From Blastocatellia bacterium (GTDB lineage Bacteria > Acidobacteriota > Blastocatellia > UBA7656): a stretch of DNA of 64,000 bases. The stretch covers positions 450,754 to 514,753 of the forward strand of contig CAWDRU010000002.1 in NCBI GenBank assembly GCA_963804815.1. Direction: 5' to 3'. Positions 30,114 to 39,779 of this stretch are shown here, piece after piece (the first letter of the stretch is position 1; each line of letters opens with the position of its first letter). Made by a program: the position numbers and the translations under genes. Under the pieces are notes generated by a model. That model was given only the letters and a program-made list of their open reading frames with translations, made no database searches and was not told the origin of the DNA.

Positions 30114-30145
30114 TTAACACTGTTAACGTACTAATGACTGTTAAC
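30114..30145. promoter_or_regulatory. second copy of the TTAACAcTGTTAA operator plus an adjacent half-site, upstream of the efflux operon
   Basis: ttaacactgttaa at 30114-30126, then actgttaac at 30137-30145. Located 30-60 bp upstream of the permease gene start. Confidence 0.5.
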
Positions 30146-30177
30146 GAGACGAATGGCGTAAAGTCGGAGCGAAAGAT

Positions 30178-31302
30178 ATGGCATCACTTGCTCGACGAAA
30201 TCTGTTTCACGATAAAATAAGACTGGCGGTAACGCTGACGGGGATAGTCTTCGCTGTTGTCTTGATAACCGTTCAACTCGGTCTGTTTACAGGGTTTGCG
30301 ACTACTACCTCAAACATCATAGATCATTCAGGCGCGGACCTCTGGATTGCAGCAAAGGGCCTGCGTAACTTCGATCAGGCCGCGCCTTTTTCCGAACGCA
30401 AGCTCTATCAGGCTCTTGCCACGCCGGGCGTAGCCGAGGCCGAAAAATACATAGTTCAATTCAGTCGCCTGAAACGCACGGACGGCGGAGAAGAGGGCGT
30501 AGGCATAGTCGGTTTCAATATCGATTCCGGTATGGGCGGCCCGTGGTTTCTGACGACAGGCAGGGTCGAAGATTTGAAAGCTGCCGACACGATCATCGTT
30601 GACGAGATATATCGCGAAAAGCTCGGCATCACTCGGATTGGGCAGGTGGTTGAAATAAATAATCATCGTGCTCGCGTCGTCGGATTTACGAAAGGCGTCC
30701 GTTCATTTACGACCAACCCGCGCGTATTCACTTCATTCAAGAACGCTTTGAATTACGCCCGGTTCGCCGAAGACCGGACCTCATTTATTCTGGTCAGGGC
30801 CGCAGCAGGAATAGATCTTCAGATATTGAAAGAGCAACTATCGGCTCAAATCGAAGATGTTGATGTTTACACGACCGAAGAGTTCGCGCGCAAGACTCAA
30901 ATCTACTGGATGTTCACGACGGGCGCAGGCGTGGCTGTGCTGATTGCGGCAGCGATGGGATTGATAGTCGGCGTCGTTGTCGTAGCCCAGACGATCTATG
31001 CCACGACGATTGATCATCTGCGTGAGTACGGCACTTTGAAAGCCATGGGCGCGTCGAACGGCTACATCTATCGCGTGATCATCAAGCAGGCGCTCATAAG
31101 CGCCGCAATCGGATACGCGCTCGGAATGATCGTGAGCCTGTTTATTGTCAGCGCGACAGGGAAAAGCGGCGCGGCGATAGTTTTGCCCTGGCAGATGTCT
31201 GTAGGGATGCTTGGGCTGACGCTTTTGATGTGCACAGCGGCGTCAATGGTTTCGATAAACAAAGTAACGCGCATTGATCCGGCGATGGTCTTCAAAGGAT
31301 AG
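30178..31302 (+). CDS. ABC transporter permease, FtsX/MacB/DevC-like
   Basis: 374 aa. N-terminal TM helix, large periplasmic domain, C-terminal FtsX-type 3-TM bundle. Followed 12 bp downstream by an ABC ATPase gene. Confidence 0.85.
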   Translation: MASLARRNLFHDKIRLAVTLTGIVFAVVLITVQLGLFTGFATTTSNIIDHSGADLWIAAKGLRNFDQAAPFSERKLYQALATPGVAEAEKYIVQFSRLKRTDGGEEGVGIVGFNIDSGMGGPWFLTTGRVEDLKAADTIIVDEIYREKLGITRIGQVVEINNHRARVVGFTKGVRSFTTNPRVFTSFKNALNYARFAEDRTSFILVRAAAGIDLQILKEQLSAQIEDVDVYTTEEFARKTQIYWMFTTGAGVAVLIAAAMGLIVGVVVVAQTIYATTIDHLREYGTLKAMGASNGYIYRVIIKQALISAAIGYALGMIVSLFIVSATGKSGAAIVLPWQMSVGMLGLTLLMCTAASMVSINKVTRIDPAMVFKG

Positions 31303-31313
31303 GAGAGGCGGAG

Positions 31314-32051
31314 ATGATCACAGCGGTTTGTGTGCAGGAATTAACGAAGACTTATGAATCAGGCGCAACAGCGGTGCACGCGCTCGATAATGTCAATCTG
31401 GATGTTGAGAGCGGCGAAGTGATGATGTTGATGGGGCCGTCGGGCAGCGGCAAGACGACCCTGCTTTCGATCATGGGATGCATACTGCGACCGACTTCTG
31501 GAAGCGTGAAGATTCGGGGCCGCGAAATCGCAGGGCTTGGAGAGAAAGAACTGCCGCGCATACGGCTCGATAACATCGGATTCATCTTTCAAGGCTTCAA
31601 TCTCTTTCCCACGCTGACGGCTGGCGAAAACGTCGAACTTGCGCTCGATCTGAAAAACATTCGAGGCCGTCAGGCGCGCCGCCGCGCGGGCGAGTTGTTG
31701 GAGCAGGTGAACCTGAGCGATAAGTACGGCAGTTACCCGGCAGATTTGAGTGGTGGGCAGAAACAGCGAGTTGCGATAGCGCGCGCGCTGGCAGGCGAGC
31801 CTGAAATCATCCTTGCCGATGAACCGACGGCTGCGCTCGATTCAATCAGTGGCCGTGTTGTGATGAAGTTGTTGCGCGATCTGGCGCACGAACGCGGGCG
31901 GGCAATCGTCACAGTCACTCACGATAATCGCGCGCTCGATTTTGCAGATCGTATCGTTCGCATCGAAGACGGAAAGATCACTGAATCACTACTCACGGAC
32001 ATGGCGCAGGTTGCAATTGATACGAGGCAGAGCGCTTCGTACAACGCTTGA
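31314..32051 (+). CDS. ABC transporter ATP-binding protein (DevA/MacB-ATPase/LolD-like)
   Basis: Walker A GPSGSGKTTL, ABC signature LSGGQKQRVAIARAL, Walker B IILADEPTAALD. Confidence 0.9.
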   Translation: MITAVCVQELTKTYESGATAVHALDNVNLDVESGEVMMLMGPSGSGKTTLLSIMGCILRPTSGSVKIRGREIAGLGEKELPRIRLDNIGFIFQGFNLFPTLTAGENVELALDLKNIRGRQARRRAGELLEQVNLSDKYGSYPADLSGGQKQRVAIARALAGEPEIILADEPTAALDSISGRVVMKLLRDLAHERGRAIVTVTHDNRALDFADRIVRIEDGKITESLLTDMAQVAIDTRQSASYNA

Positions 32052-32076
32052 TGAAGCAGGTCGGACAGGAAATTTT

Positions 32077-33132
32077 ATGAAGAGAACACTCTCATACTCA
32101 ATCGCGCTCTTTGCTATCGTTGGACTGTCAGCAGCTTTCTTCCTTGCGGGTAAGGGAAGAACTTCACCGACCGGCGCGGTGGTCAAAGCCGATTCCGAGC
32201 CTACGGCTTTAGTCGCTGCGCCGGGTCGCGTGGAGCCTGTATCGGAAGAGATAAAGATAAGCAGTGAGCTTCGCGGCAAACTCAAATCGGTGATGGTCGA
32301 AGAGGGAGATAGTGTTCATCAGGGACAGGCAATAGCGGTTCTTGTGAATGACGACTACCGGGCCGCAGTCGCTTCAGCCGAAGCGCAGTTGAAACAGAGA
32401 GAAGCCCAGTTGCGGCTCGTCATCAACGGCGCGCGCAATCAGGAGCGCCGCGAAGCGTGGCAGGGTGTTAAAGAGGCCGAAGCCATGCTTGAAAACGCGC
32501 ACGCAGAGATGGAGCGCCGCCAGTCGCTTTACGCGAAAGGGGTGATCGCGCGCGAAGAGGTAGACCGCGCAGACCGCGAGTACAAAGTTGCGAAAGCTCG
32601 CTTTGACGCGGCAGGCGAACGCCACGCGCTCGTTGACGACGCGGCGCGCGAAGAAGATCGCTCGAAGGCGGAGGCTGATGTGGCTCTTGCGCGCGCGCAA
32701 GTCGATGAAGCGCGGGCGCGGTTTGAAAAAACATTCATCCGCTCGCCCATCAACGGCATCGTGTTACGCAAGCACCTCAACAGCGGCGAAAGCGTATCGG
32801 ACATGCGCGATATGCCAATCGTGACCGTTGCCAATATCGCAACTCTGCGCGTGAGAGTCGATGTTGATGAAACGGACGTGAGCAGAATCGAGATGAATCA
32901 GGAGGCGTACGTGACCGCAGATGCTTTCGGCGACAGAAAGTTCCGGGGCCACGTGATTAGAATAGGGCAGGTGCTGGGCAAAAAGAACGTTCGCACGGAT
33001 GAGCCGAGCGAGCGCGTGGATACAAAGATTCTCGAAACGCTGATCGAATTGGACGGGGGGCAATATCTGCCCGCAGGTCTGCGTGTCGATTCGTTCATCA
33101 TCACCGGAAAATCATTACCGGTGGCAAGGTAA
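32077..33132 (+). CDS. HlyD/efflux membrane fusion (periplasmic adaptor) protein, DevB-like
   Basis: Signal anchor MKRTLSYSIALFAIVGLSAAFFLAG, then biotinyl-lipoyl-like, coiled-coil and beta-barrel regions. The ORF opens at 31942 inside the ATPase gene. Met46 was chosen as the start. Confidence 0.8.
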   Translation: MKRTLSYSIALFAIVGLSAAFFLAGKGRTSPTGAVVKADSEPTALVAAPGRVEPVSEEIKISSELRGKLKSVMVEEGDSVHQGQAIAVLVNDDYRAAVASAEAQLKQREAQLRLVINGARNQERREAWQGVKEAEAMLENAHAEMERRQSLYAKGVIAREEVDRADREYKVAKARFDAAGERHALVDDAAREEDRSKAEADVALARAQVDEARARFEKTFIRSPINGIVLRKHLNSGESVSDMRDMPIVTVANIATLRVRVDVDETDVSRIEMNQEAYVTADAFGDRKFRGHVIRIGQVLGKKNVRTDEPSERVDTKILETLIELDGGQYLPAGLRVDSFIITGKSLPVAR

Positions 33133-33164
33133 AATTTTTGATTGACTTTGAAAGGAGTCGAATT

Positions 33165-33539
33165 ATGAAACGATGGATTAATGTTCTGGTGTTGGGATTG
33201 GCAATAACGTTTTCCGCAATTGCGCAGGCTCAGGAAGTAAGCCGCAAAATTGAGATCAAGCGCGATACACGGCTGGGCACAGAGGTTTTGCCCAAAGGCG
33301 AATATGATGTCAAATTTGTCGAAGGCAAAGAAGGCGAATTAGTCTTCCTGCGAGGCAAGCGCGAAGTGTTGAAAGCTACCTACACGATTATGAAGCTGGA
33401 AAAAGACGCGGAAAACGGCGCTGTGGTTTCTACTGCCAATAACGACGGCTCGTATAACCTGAAGCGAATCGAGTTCCGAGGCAAGAGCGCTGCGCTGGTC
33501 TTTGACAACACGGTTGCAACAGCTATCTCGAAGCAGTAA
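33165..33539 (+). CDS. small hypothetical secreted protein
   Basis: Ribosome-binding site aaggag, then signal peptide MKRWINVLVLGLAITFSAIAQAQE. No family recognised. Confidence 0.5.
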   Translation: MKRWINVLVLGLAITFSAIAQAQEVSRKIEIKRDTRLGTEVLPKGEYDVKFVEGKEGELVFLRGKREVLKATYTIMKLEKDAENGAVVSTANNDGSYNLKRIEFRGKSAALVFDNTVATAISKQ

Positions 33540-33562
33540 ATGACATACGGCAGGCAGGGGTG

Positions 33563-33596
33563 AAGAGGATGCGGGGATTCATCCTCTTCGATTTTG
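33563..33596 (+). terminator. rho-independent terminator
   Basis: 10-bp stem gaagaggatg/catcctcttc, then gattttggg. A second hairpin aaaggcgattc...gaatcgccttt follows at 33601-33651. Confidence 0.55.
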
Positions 33597-33991
33597 GGAA
33601 AAGGCGATTCCACATACGGGCACTCGGCTGCCCTGTGCGAATCGCCTTTCTTGTTAAGTTGAGCTATTAATTCATTTAAGCGGCGCAATTCATCTGGCAC
33701 GACGCTTGATACTGACATTGTTTCAATCAATGGGCGATGTTTGAAAAATTATCGACTCAACCTCACGCATTTGGCTGTTTTAGCTCATGCGTGTAAACTT
33801 TATCTTTGCTGAAATTTGAAGCGCAGGTTCTGCTAAGTGAAATTGTTGAAACGGCATTTCCTGTGATGTCGTATCAACCTGTGATTAACCAGAACGTCAA
33901 CATTTTTAGTCAGTGGCAGCGAGCACCGCAATTTGAGTGCGAAATTCGTTGACCGAAATCATCGTCTGTATATTGATTCGAGAGGGAGTTC

Positions 33992-36046
33992 ATGAATTTA
34001 CTTATAAAGAAACTCAGACAATCAGGTCGCATCATAGCGAGCGTGGCTATGACGGCTTTGCTCACTGCATCAATGCCGATTGCCACCCTGGCGCAGGACG
34101 GCGTCGTGCGCGTGGCTCAGCAACAGCCGACACCGCCACCGCAACAGCCCAAGCCGCCTGAGACGCCGCCGGGTCAGAAAACAGACGTGCCAAAGCCCGA
34201 CATTCAAAGGCAGCGCGAGCAGCAGGAAGAACAGGGCGGCACGAACAAGGGCCTCTCGACCGAACGCGAGAAGCGCAACGTCCCGTCTCCGGGCGCGATA
34301 CCGGCCACGCCTTCCTCTCAGCAGCCTTCGACTGCAACGCCGTCGTCACAAGATGCTTCGGGGACGCAGAACCCCATCACGCAGCCGCTCGCGCTTTCGC
34401 CTGAAATAACAAAGGACCGCGTGGGTGTCACGCCGGGTCAGGTCCAATCGCTCGCTATACAGGATGCGATAGCGATGTCGCTTCAGAATAATCTCGACAT
34501 CGAGCAGTTCCGACAGGGAGTTCAGATAGCTCAATTCAATCTCTATTCCCTGCGCGGTATTTACGACATAGTCTCAAGCACTGAAATCAGCTATCGCAGC
34601 CAGACAATACCCGTAGCTTCGCTGTTTGCAGGCGGCGGCTCGACTTCTTCTGTTACGCAGCGCCAACTGACATGGAATCTTTCGACGAATCAGCTTTTTG
34701 AGCGCACAGGCGGATCGTGGCAGGTTGATTTCGACAACAATCGCATAAACACCAGTTCGACAGCTTCGACTTTGACGACTCAATACAGCCCGACCCTCAC
34801 GTTTACTTTTGTGCAGCCTTTGCTGCGCAATTTCAGCACCGACCTGAATCGTCGTCAAATCAATATAGCCAAGAAGTCGCTCGACCTGTCCGACAGTCAG
34901 TTTCGCCAGCGCGTCATAGAGATTATCAATCAGGTGCAGCGCGCATACTGGGATCTGGTCTTTGCCATCCGCAACGAACAGATCGCTCGCAAATCCGTCG
35001 AACTGACACGTACGCAGCTTGAGAACAATCAGAAGATGGTTGAAGCCGGAACGCTTCCTCCGATTGATCTGCGCTCGACAGAAGCCGCGCTCGAATCTCG
35101 CAAAGGTGATGTGGTCATCGCGCTACAGGGAATCACAACTGCCGAGAACGTGTTGAAAGGGCTTTTGATCAAGGATTCGGCTGACAAACTCTGGAACGCA
35201 GAGATTTCTCCGACCGACGAGCCTCTGCCAACGCAGACGCAGCAGTTCAATCTTGAAGACGCTACACGCCTTGCGCTCAAGAATCGCCCGGAGCTTGATC
35301 AGATGAGGCTTCAGCAGGAGCAGAAAGAGATTGACATCTCGTTCTTCAAGAATCAGACCAAACCGCAGCTGGACCTTGTCGGTTTCTATACGAATAACGG
35401 GTTGGCAGGCACGCCTTCATCTGTGGTTCGAGATCCCGGCGGTTTCGACGATACCACTCTGGGGCTGATTAACAATCTCAATCTTGCGCTGTCGAATCTC
35501 AACCTTCCCGCATTCAACCCGACTCCGCCCACGCCATCCACATCGGGGGTTCCGACCAGATTCGACGGCGGGTATTTTCAATCGTTGAGGAATCTGTTCG
35601 GACAGGATTTCAAAACTTATCAATTCGGTGTGCGATTGAGTTTCCCCTGGAAGAACCGCACGGCAGAAGGCAATCTCGGTCGCTCGCTTGCCGAAGCCCG
35701 ACAGCTTGATGCTCGACAGCGGCAGTTAGTGCAGAGCGTGCAGATAGATGTGCGCAACGCTCTACAGGCGGTCGAAGCATCGCGCCAGCGATTTGAAGCG
35801 GCGAGGGCCGCCAAAATCGCCGCCGAAGCTCAGCTTGCAGGCGAGCAGGAGAAGTTCCGCGCGGGACTTTCGTCGAACTTTTTTGTCCTGCAACGACAGA
35901 CCGATCTGGCTATCGCGGAAGGCACAGAGGTTCGCGCGCTGACGGATTACAACAAGGCGCTGGCTGATCTTCAACGCGTCACAGGAATGACGCTCATGAA
36001 CAATAACGTGCAGGTCACAGCACTTGCGCCTGATGCGAGGAAATAA
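33992..36046 (+). CDS. TolC family outer-membrane efflux protein
   Basis: Signal peptide, a Pro/Gln-rich linker, then two TolC repeats with the typical coiled-coil motifs (e.g. AIQDAIAMSLQNNLDIEQFRQGVQIAQ, LEDATRLALKNRPELDQ). Confidence 0.85.
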   Translation: MNLLIKKLRQSGRIIASVAMTALLTASMPIATLAQDGVVRVAQQQPTPPPQQPKPPETPPGQKTDVPKPDIQRQREQQEEQGGTNKGLSTEREKRNVPSPGAIPATPSSQQPSTATPSSQDASGTQNPITQPLALSPEITKDRVGVTPGQVQSLAIQDAIAMSLQNNLDIEQFRQGVQIAQFNLYSLRGIYDIVSSTEISYRSQTIPVASLFAGGGSTSSVTQRQLTWNLSTNQLFERTGGSWQVDFDNNRINTSSTASTLTTQYSPTLTFTFVQPLLRNFSTDLNRRQINIAKKSLDLSDSQFRQRVIEIINQVQRAYWDLVFAIRNEQIARKSVELTRTQLENNQKMVEAGTLPPIDLRSTEAALESRKGDVVIALQGITTAENVLKGLLIKDSADKLWNAEISPTDEPLPTQTQQFNLEDATRLALKNRPELDQMRLQQEQKEIDISFFKNQTKPQLDLVGFYTNNGLAGTPSSVVRDPGGFDDTTLGLINNLNLALSNLNLPAFNPTPPTPSTSGVPTRFDGGYFQSLRNLFGQDFKTYQFGVRLSFPWKNRTAEGNLGRSLAEARQLDARQRQLVQSVQIDVRNALQAVEASRQRFEAARAAKIAAEAQLAGEQEKFRAGLSSNFFVLQRQTDLAIAEGTEVRALTDYNKALADLQRVTGMTLMNNNVQVTALAPDARK

Positions 36047-36092
36047 TCGCATCTGATCGTTTATCGGCTCGATAATCGTTGGTTTCCTCTAT

Positions 36093-36137
36093 CGAACCTG
36101 AAGCACCCGGAAGGTGTTTCAGGTTCGATTTGTTTTT
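36093..36137 (+). terminator. rho-independent terminator after tolC
   Basis: Arms cgaacctgaagcacc / ggtgtttcaggttcg, then atttgttttt. Confidence 0.55.
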
Positions 36138-36226
36138 AATGCCTTCAGATCATTCCAATTCGCATTCGTTTGACAATGGTAATTCCCCGATGGTAAACAA
36201 CCCGCAAGCTGGAACTGGAAATCGGT

Positions 36227-38404
36227 ATGACCTTCAAGCATGTGAAATATCTTTGGCAGGACGAAATCGCAAGCCATCTATCAGAGCTTGATCGGCTGGT
36301 CTATCGCTCCAATAAACTCGGCGAAGACCTGACGCTGACCAACACAGGCGGCGGCAACACCTCTGCCAAGTTGATTGAGAAAGACCCGCTGACAGATCAA
36401 TCGGTCGAGGTTCTGTGGATCAAAGGCTCCGGAGGCGATCTGCGAACTGCCCGGCGCGATTCTTTCGCGTCGCTTTACCTCGACCGGGTGCGAGCGATGA
36501 AATCGCGCTACCTCAATGATCCCGAACGCGGGCCAAAGACCAGAATCGAAGACGACATGTATTCGAGCTACAGCCATTGCGTCTTCAATCTAAACCCGCG
36601 CGCCTGTTCCATAGATACGCCGCTGCACACCTTCGTTCCTTATCGGCACGTAGACCATCTTCATCCGAACGCGGTTATAGCTATTGCCGCCTCGGTCAAT
36701 CAGGAACGGCTCTGCAAAGAAATTTATGGCGACGAAATGATCTACGTCCCGTGGCAACGCCCCGGCTTTGACATAGGACTTGTGATCGAAGCTCTCATAA
36801 AAGATAACCCGCGGGCCAGAGGCGTGATGCTCGGCCATCACGGCATGAGTTCCTGGAGCAACGACGATAAAACCTGTTACGAGACGGCGCTGGAAATCAT
36901 CGACCGGGCCACAGACTATATCGAATCAAGAGATCGGGGCGAGATGACTTTTGGCGGGCCAAAGCATCGACCGCTTGCCGACGCTGAACGAGAGCGCATC
37001 CTTGTCGATCTGCTTCCATGGCTGCGAGGGCAGATGTCTGGTGAGAGAAGGTTCGTAGCAACGATTCAGAGTGATGAGAAGATGCTTCGGTTTGTCTCCA
37101 GCATTGACGGGCCGCGACTGGCCGCGCTCGGAACTTCGTGCCCCGATCATTTTTTGCGCACCAAGATCAAACCATTATTCGCCGACTGGAATCCTGAAAG
37201 CTGCGATTCAGATTCGCTCAAACAGGCCATAAAAGAAGGTCTGGTCGAGTATCGCAAGGACTACGAGGCTTACTATAACCGATGCAGGCGTTCTGATTCG
37301 CCGCCGATGCGCGACCTGAATCCGACTGTAGTGTTGATTCCGGGACTGGGGATGATTACATGGGGCAAGAACAAGAGCGAGTCTCGCGTGACCGCAGAGT
37401 TTTATAACTGCGCCATCGAGGTGATGCGCGGCGCGGAAGCGATTGATCAATACGAAGCGATGGACGAACAGGAAGCCTTCGACATTGAGTACTGGTCGCT
37501 TGAAGAAGCAAAGCTCCGACGGCTGCCGCCTGAGCGCGAGCTTGACCGGCAGATCATCGCAGTCATCGGTGCGGGAAGCGGAATCGGTAAAGCCACCGCT
37601 CACCGACTTGTTAAGGAAGGCGCGCACATCGTCTGCGTTGATCTGGACGAGGCTGCGGCCATAGCTACTGCCCGCGAGATCATCGAAAAATACGGCGAAG
37701 GCATCGGAGTCGCGGGTACAGGTATAAGCAACTGCGGCCCTGCAATCGGGCTTGCCTGCGACATCACTGATCGAAAGAGCGTCGCGCGCATGTTCGGCGA
37801 TGCGATGCTTGCCTACGGCGGGCTTGACGCTGTGGTCGTTACGGCAGGCATATTCGTTTCGCCCGACAAAACCGGGCACATCGAAGACAGCGCGTGGACG
37901 CGCACTTTTGCAATTAACGTCACAGGGGCTTATATCGTAGCTGACGAAGCGCACAGGATTTTCAAACGGCAGGGGCTTCCGACGAGCATCGTTCTGACGA
38001 CGAGCGCAAACGCCGTAGTGGCCAAAAAAGGGAGCATCGCTTACGATACGAGCAAAGCGGCGGCAAATCATCTTGTGCGCGAACTGGCCGTTGAGATGTC
38101 GCCGCTTGTTCGCGTCAACGCAGTGGCCCCGGCAACGGTCGTCAAAGGCAGCACAATGTTTCCACGCGAACGCGTGATCGCTTCGCTCGTGAAATACGAA
38201 ATAGCATACGGTGAAGATGAATCAACCGAAGCCTTGCGCGAGAGGCTCTCGGCGTTCTACGCCAAACGCTCGCTCACCGGAGCAGCAATCGAACCGGAGG
38301 ATCAGGCAGAAGCGATCTTTTTGCTCGTCAGCGAGCGGTTATCGAAAACCACCGGTCATGTGATTCCGGTTGACGGCGGCTTGCCGGATGGATTCTTGAG
38401 ATAA
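36227..38404 (+). CDS. bifunctional rhamnulose-1-phosphate aldolase / short-chain dehydrogenase (RhaEW/YuxG type)
   Basis: 725 aa. The N-terminal class II aldolase/adducin domain is fused to a C-terminal SDR domain with a Rossmann motif (IAVIGAGSGIGKA) and a YDTSKAA catalytic Tyr-Lys. Confidence 0.9.
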   Translation: MTFKHVKYLWQDEIASHLSELDRLVYRSNKLGEDLTLTNTGGGNTSAKLIEKDPLTDQSVEVLWIKGSGGDLRTARRDSFASLYLDRVRAMKSRYLNDPERGPKTRIEDDMYSSYSHCVFNLNPRACSIDTPLHTFVPYRHVDHLHPNAVIAIAASVNQERLCKEIYGDEMIYVPWQRPGFDIGLVIEALIKDNPRARGVMLGHHGMSSWSNDDKTCYETALEIIDRATDYIESRDRGEMTFGGPKHRPLADAERERILVDLLPWLRGQMSGERRFVATIQSDEKMLRFVSSIDGPRLAALGTSCPDHFLRTKIKPLFADWNPESCDSDSLKQAIKEGLVEYRKDYEAYYNRCRRSDSPPMRDLNPTVVLIPGLGMITWGKNKSESRVTAEFYNCAIEVMRGAEAIDQYEAMDEQEAFDIEYWSLEEAKLRRLPPERELDRQIIAVIGAGSGIGKATAHRLVKEGAHIVCVDLDEAAAIATAREIIEKYGEGIGVAGTGISNCGPAIGLACDITDRKSVARMFGDAMLAYGGLDAVVVTAGIFVSPDKTGHIEDSAWTRTFAINVTGAYIVADEAHRIFKRQGLPTSIVLTTSANAVVAKKGSIAYDTSKAAANHLVRELAVEMSPLVRVNAVAPATVVKGSTMFPRERVIASLVKYEIAYGEDESTEALRERLSAFYAKRSLTGAAIEPEDQAEAIFLLVSERLSKTTGHVIPVDGGLPDGFLR

Positions 38405-38419
38405 TTAAGGAGCACACCG

Positions 38420-39718
38420 ATGGCAGCACATTTCGAGATAGGCGATGAGTTCATCGCTGAGCATAACCGGAAAGCGAAAGCATGGCTCGATGAAGATTAC
38501 AATCACCTCTCAAAGAGACTCCGGCGGCGAAACGTAGAGATCGAAGACCTCGTAACCCTCGCTCAATCATTCAGCGTAGCCGTGCCGTCGTGGGGAGTTG
38601 GAACCGGAGGAACTCGCTTTGCGCGCTTTCCCGGCGCGGGTGAGCCGCGCGACGTTTATGAAAAGCTCGAAGACTGTGCCGCGATCTTTAAACTTGTGCG
38701 CGCGACCCCAGCCGTCTCGCTGCACATACCGTGGGACAAACCCGTTGACGCTGCTGACCTGCGTGACTTTGCCCGTGCGCGCGGGCTGCGATTCGATGCG
38801 ATGAACTCCAATACGTTTCAAGATCAACCGGGACAGGCACTGTCATACAAATTCGGCAGCCTCACTCATCCCAATCGTGAGGTGCGTCGTCAGGCAATCG
38901 AGCACAACATCGAGTGCATCGAGATAGGCAAATCGCTCGGCTCGAAATCCCTGACGGTGTGGATTGCCGACGGCGGAAACTTTCCCGGACAGATGAACTT
39001 TCGCCGCGCGCTTGAGCGATACCTTGAAAGCGCGCGCGCGATTTATAACGCGCTGCCCGACGACTGGCGAATGTTTTTAGAGCATAAGTTTTACGAACCG
39101 GCTTTCTATTCGACAGTGATCAACGACTGGGGAACGAGCTATATTTGCGCAACCGAGCTTGGGCCGAAAGCGTTTTGTCTGGTCGATCTCGGCCACCACG
39201 CGCCGAACGTCAATATCGAGATGATCGTCTCGCGCCTGATTCAGTTCGGCAAACTCGCGGGGTTTCATTTCAACGACAGCAAATACGGCGACGACGATCT
39301 GGATGCAGGCTCGATCAAGCCGTTTCAACTCTTCCTGATTTTTAACGAACTGGTTGATGCGGAGTTAAACCATGCGGCGAACTTCTCTCCGTCTTATATG
39401 CTCGATCAATCGCACAACGTCACAGACCCCATAGAATCGTTGACGATGAGCGCAATAGAACTGGTGCGCGCATATGTTCAAGCTCATCTGGTTGATCGTC
39501 AGGCTCTGGAGGAAGCGCAGGAAAACTGTGACCCGCTCCTGGCGCTGGCCACTTTGAAGCAGGCGTTCACAACGGACGTATCAGTGATACTTGCGGTGGC
39601 GCGCGAGCGAGCGGGCGGAGCGATTGATCCGATAGCGGTGTATCGCGCGAGCGGTTATCGCAAACGCAAAGCCGAAGAGCGCCCGGCGCAGGTACAAATA
39701 GCCGCCGGGATTGTGTGA
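38420..39718 (+). CDS. rhaI: L-rhamnose isomerase, xylose-isomerase-like TIM-barrel type (P. stutzeri/Bacillus-like L-RhI)
   Basis: 432 aa. It lies between the RhaEW-type aldolase and the rhamnosidase. The last 107 bp are duplicated at 40331-40437. Confidence 0.8.
   Translation: MAAHFEIGDEFIAEHNRKAKAWLDEDYNHLSKRLRRRNVEIEDLVTLAQSFSVAVPSWGVGTGGTRFARFPGAGEPRDVYEKLEDCAAIFKLVRATPAVSLHIPWDKPVDAADLRDFARARGLRFDAMNSNTFQDQPGQALSYKFGSLTHPNREVRRQAIEHNIECIEIGKSLGSKSLTVWIADGGNFPGQMNFRRALERYLESARAIYNALPDDWRMFLEHKFYEPAFYSTVINDWGTSYICATELGPKAFCLVDLGHHAPNVNIEMIVSRLIQFGKLAGFHFNDSKYGDDDLDAGSIKPFQLFLIFNELVDAELNHAANFSPSYMLDQSHNVTDPIESLTMSAIELVRAYVQAHLVDRQALEEAQENCDPLLALATLKQAFTTDVSVILAVARERAGGAIDPIAVYRASGYRKRKAEERPAQVQIAAGIV
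39611..39717 (+). repeat. left copy of a 107-bp direct repeat (3-prime end of rhaI)
   Basis: gcgggcggagcgattgatccgatagcggtgtatcgcgcgagcggttatcgcaaacgcaaagccgaagagcgcccggcgcaggtacaaatagccgccgggattgtgtga recurs with about 5 mismatches at 40331-40437. Confidence 0.8.
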
Positions 39719-39779
39719 GCCGGTTAAGCCTTCCGCGATCAGATGAAGTAAATGCAAGCCTGATGGATGAGGAGAACAG

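Noticed and set aside
31942-32076. N-terminal 45-aa extension of the HlyD-like ORF overlapping the ABC ATPase gene
   Set aside because: The extension overlaps the ATPase gene by 110 bp. The internal Met is followed by a signal anchor and is the natural start.
37208-38071. 287-aa minus-strand ORF antisense to the aldolase/SDR gene
   Set aside because: Shadow ORF. The sense frame has the Rossmann and YxxxK motifs.
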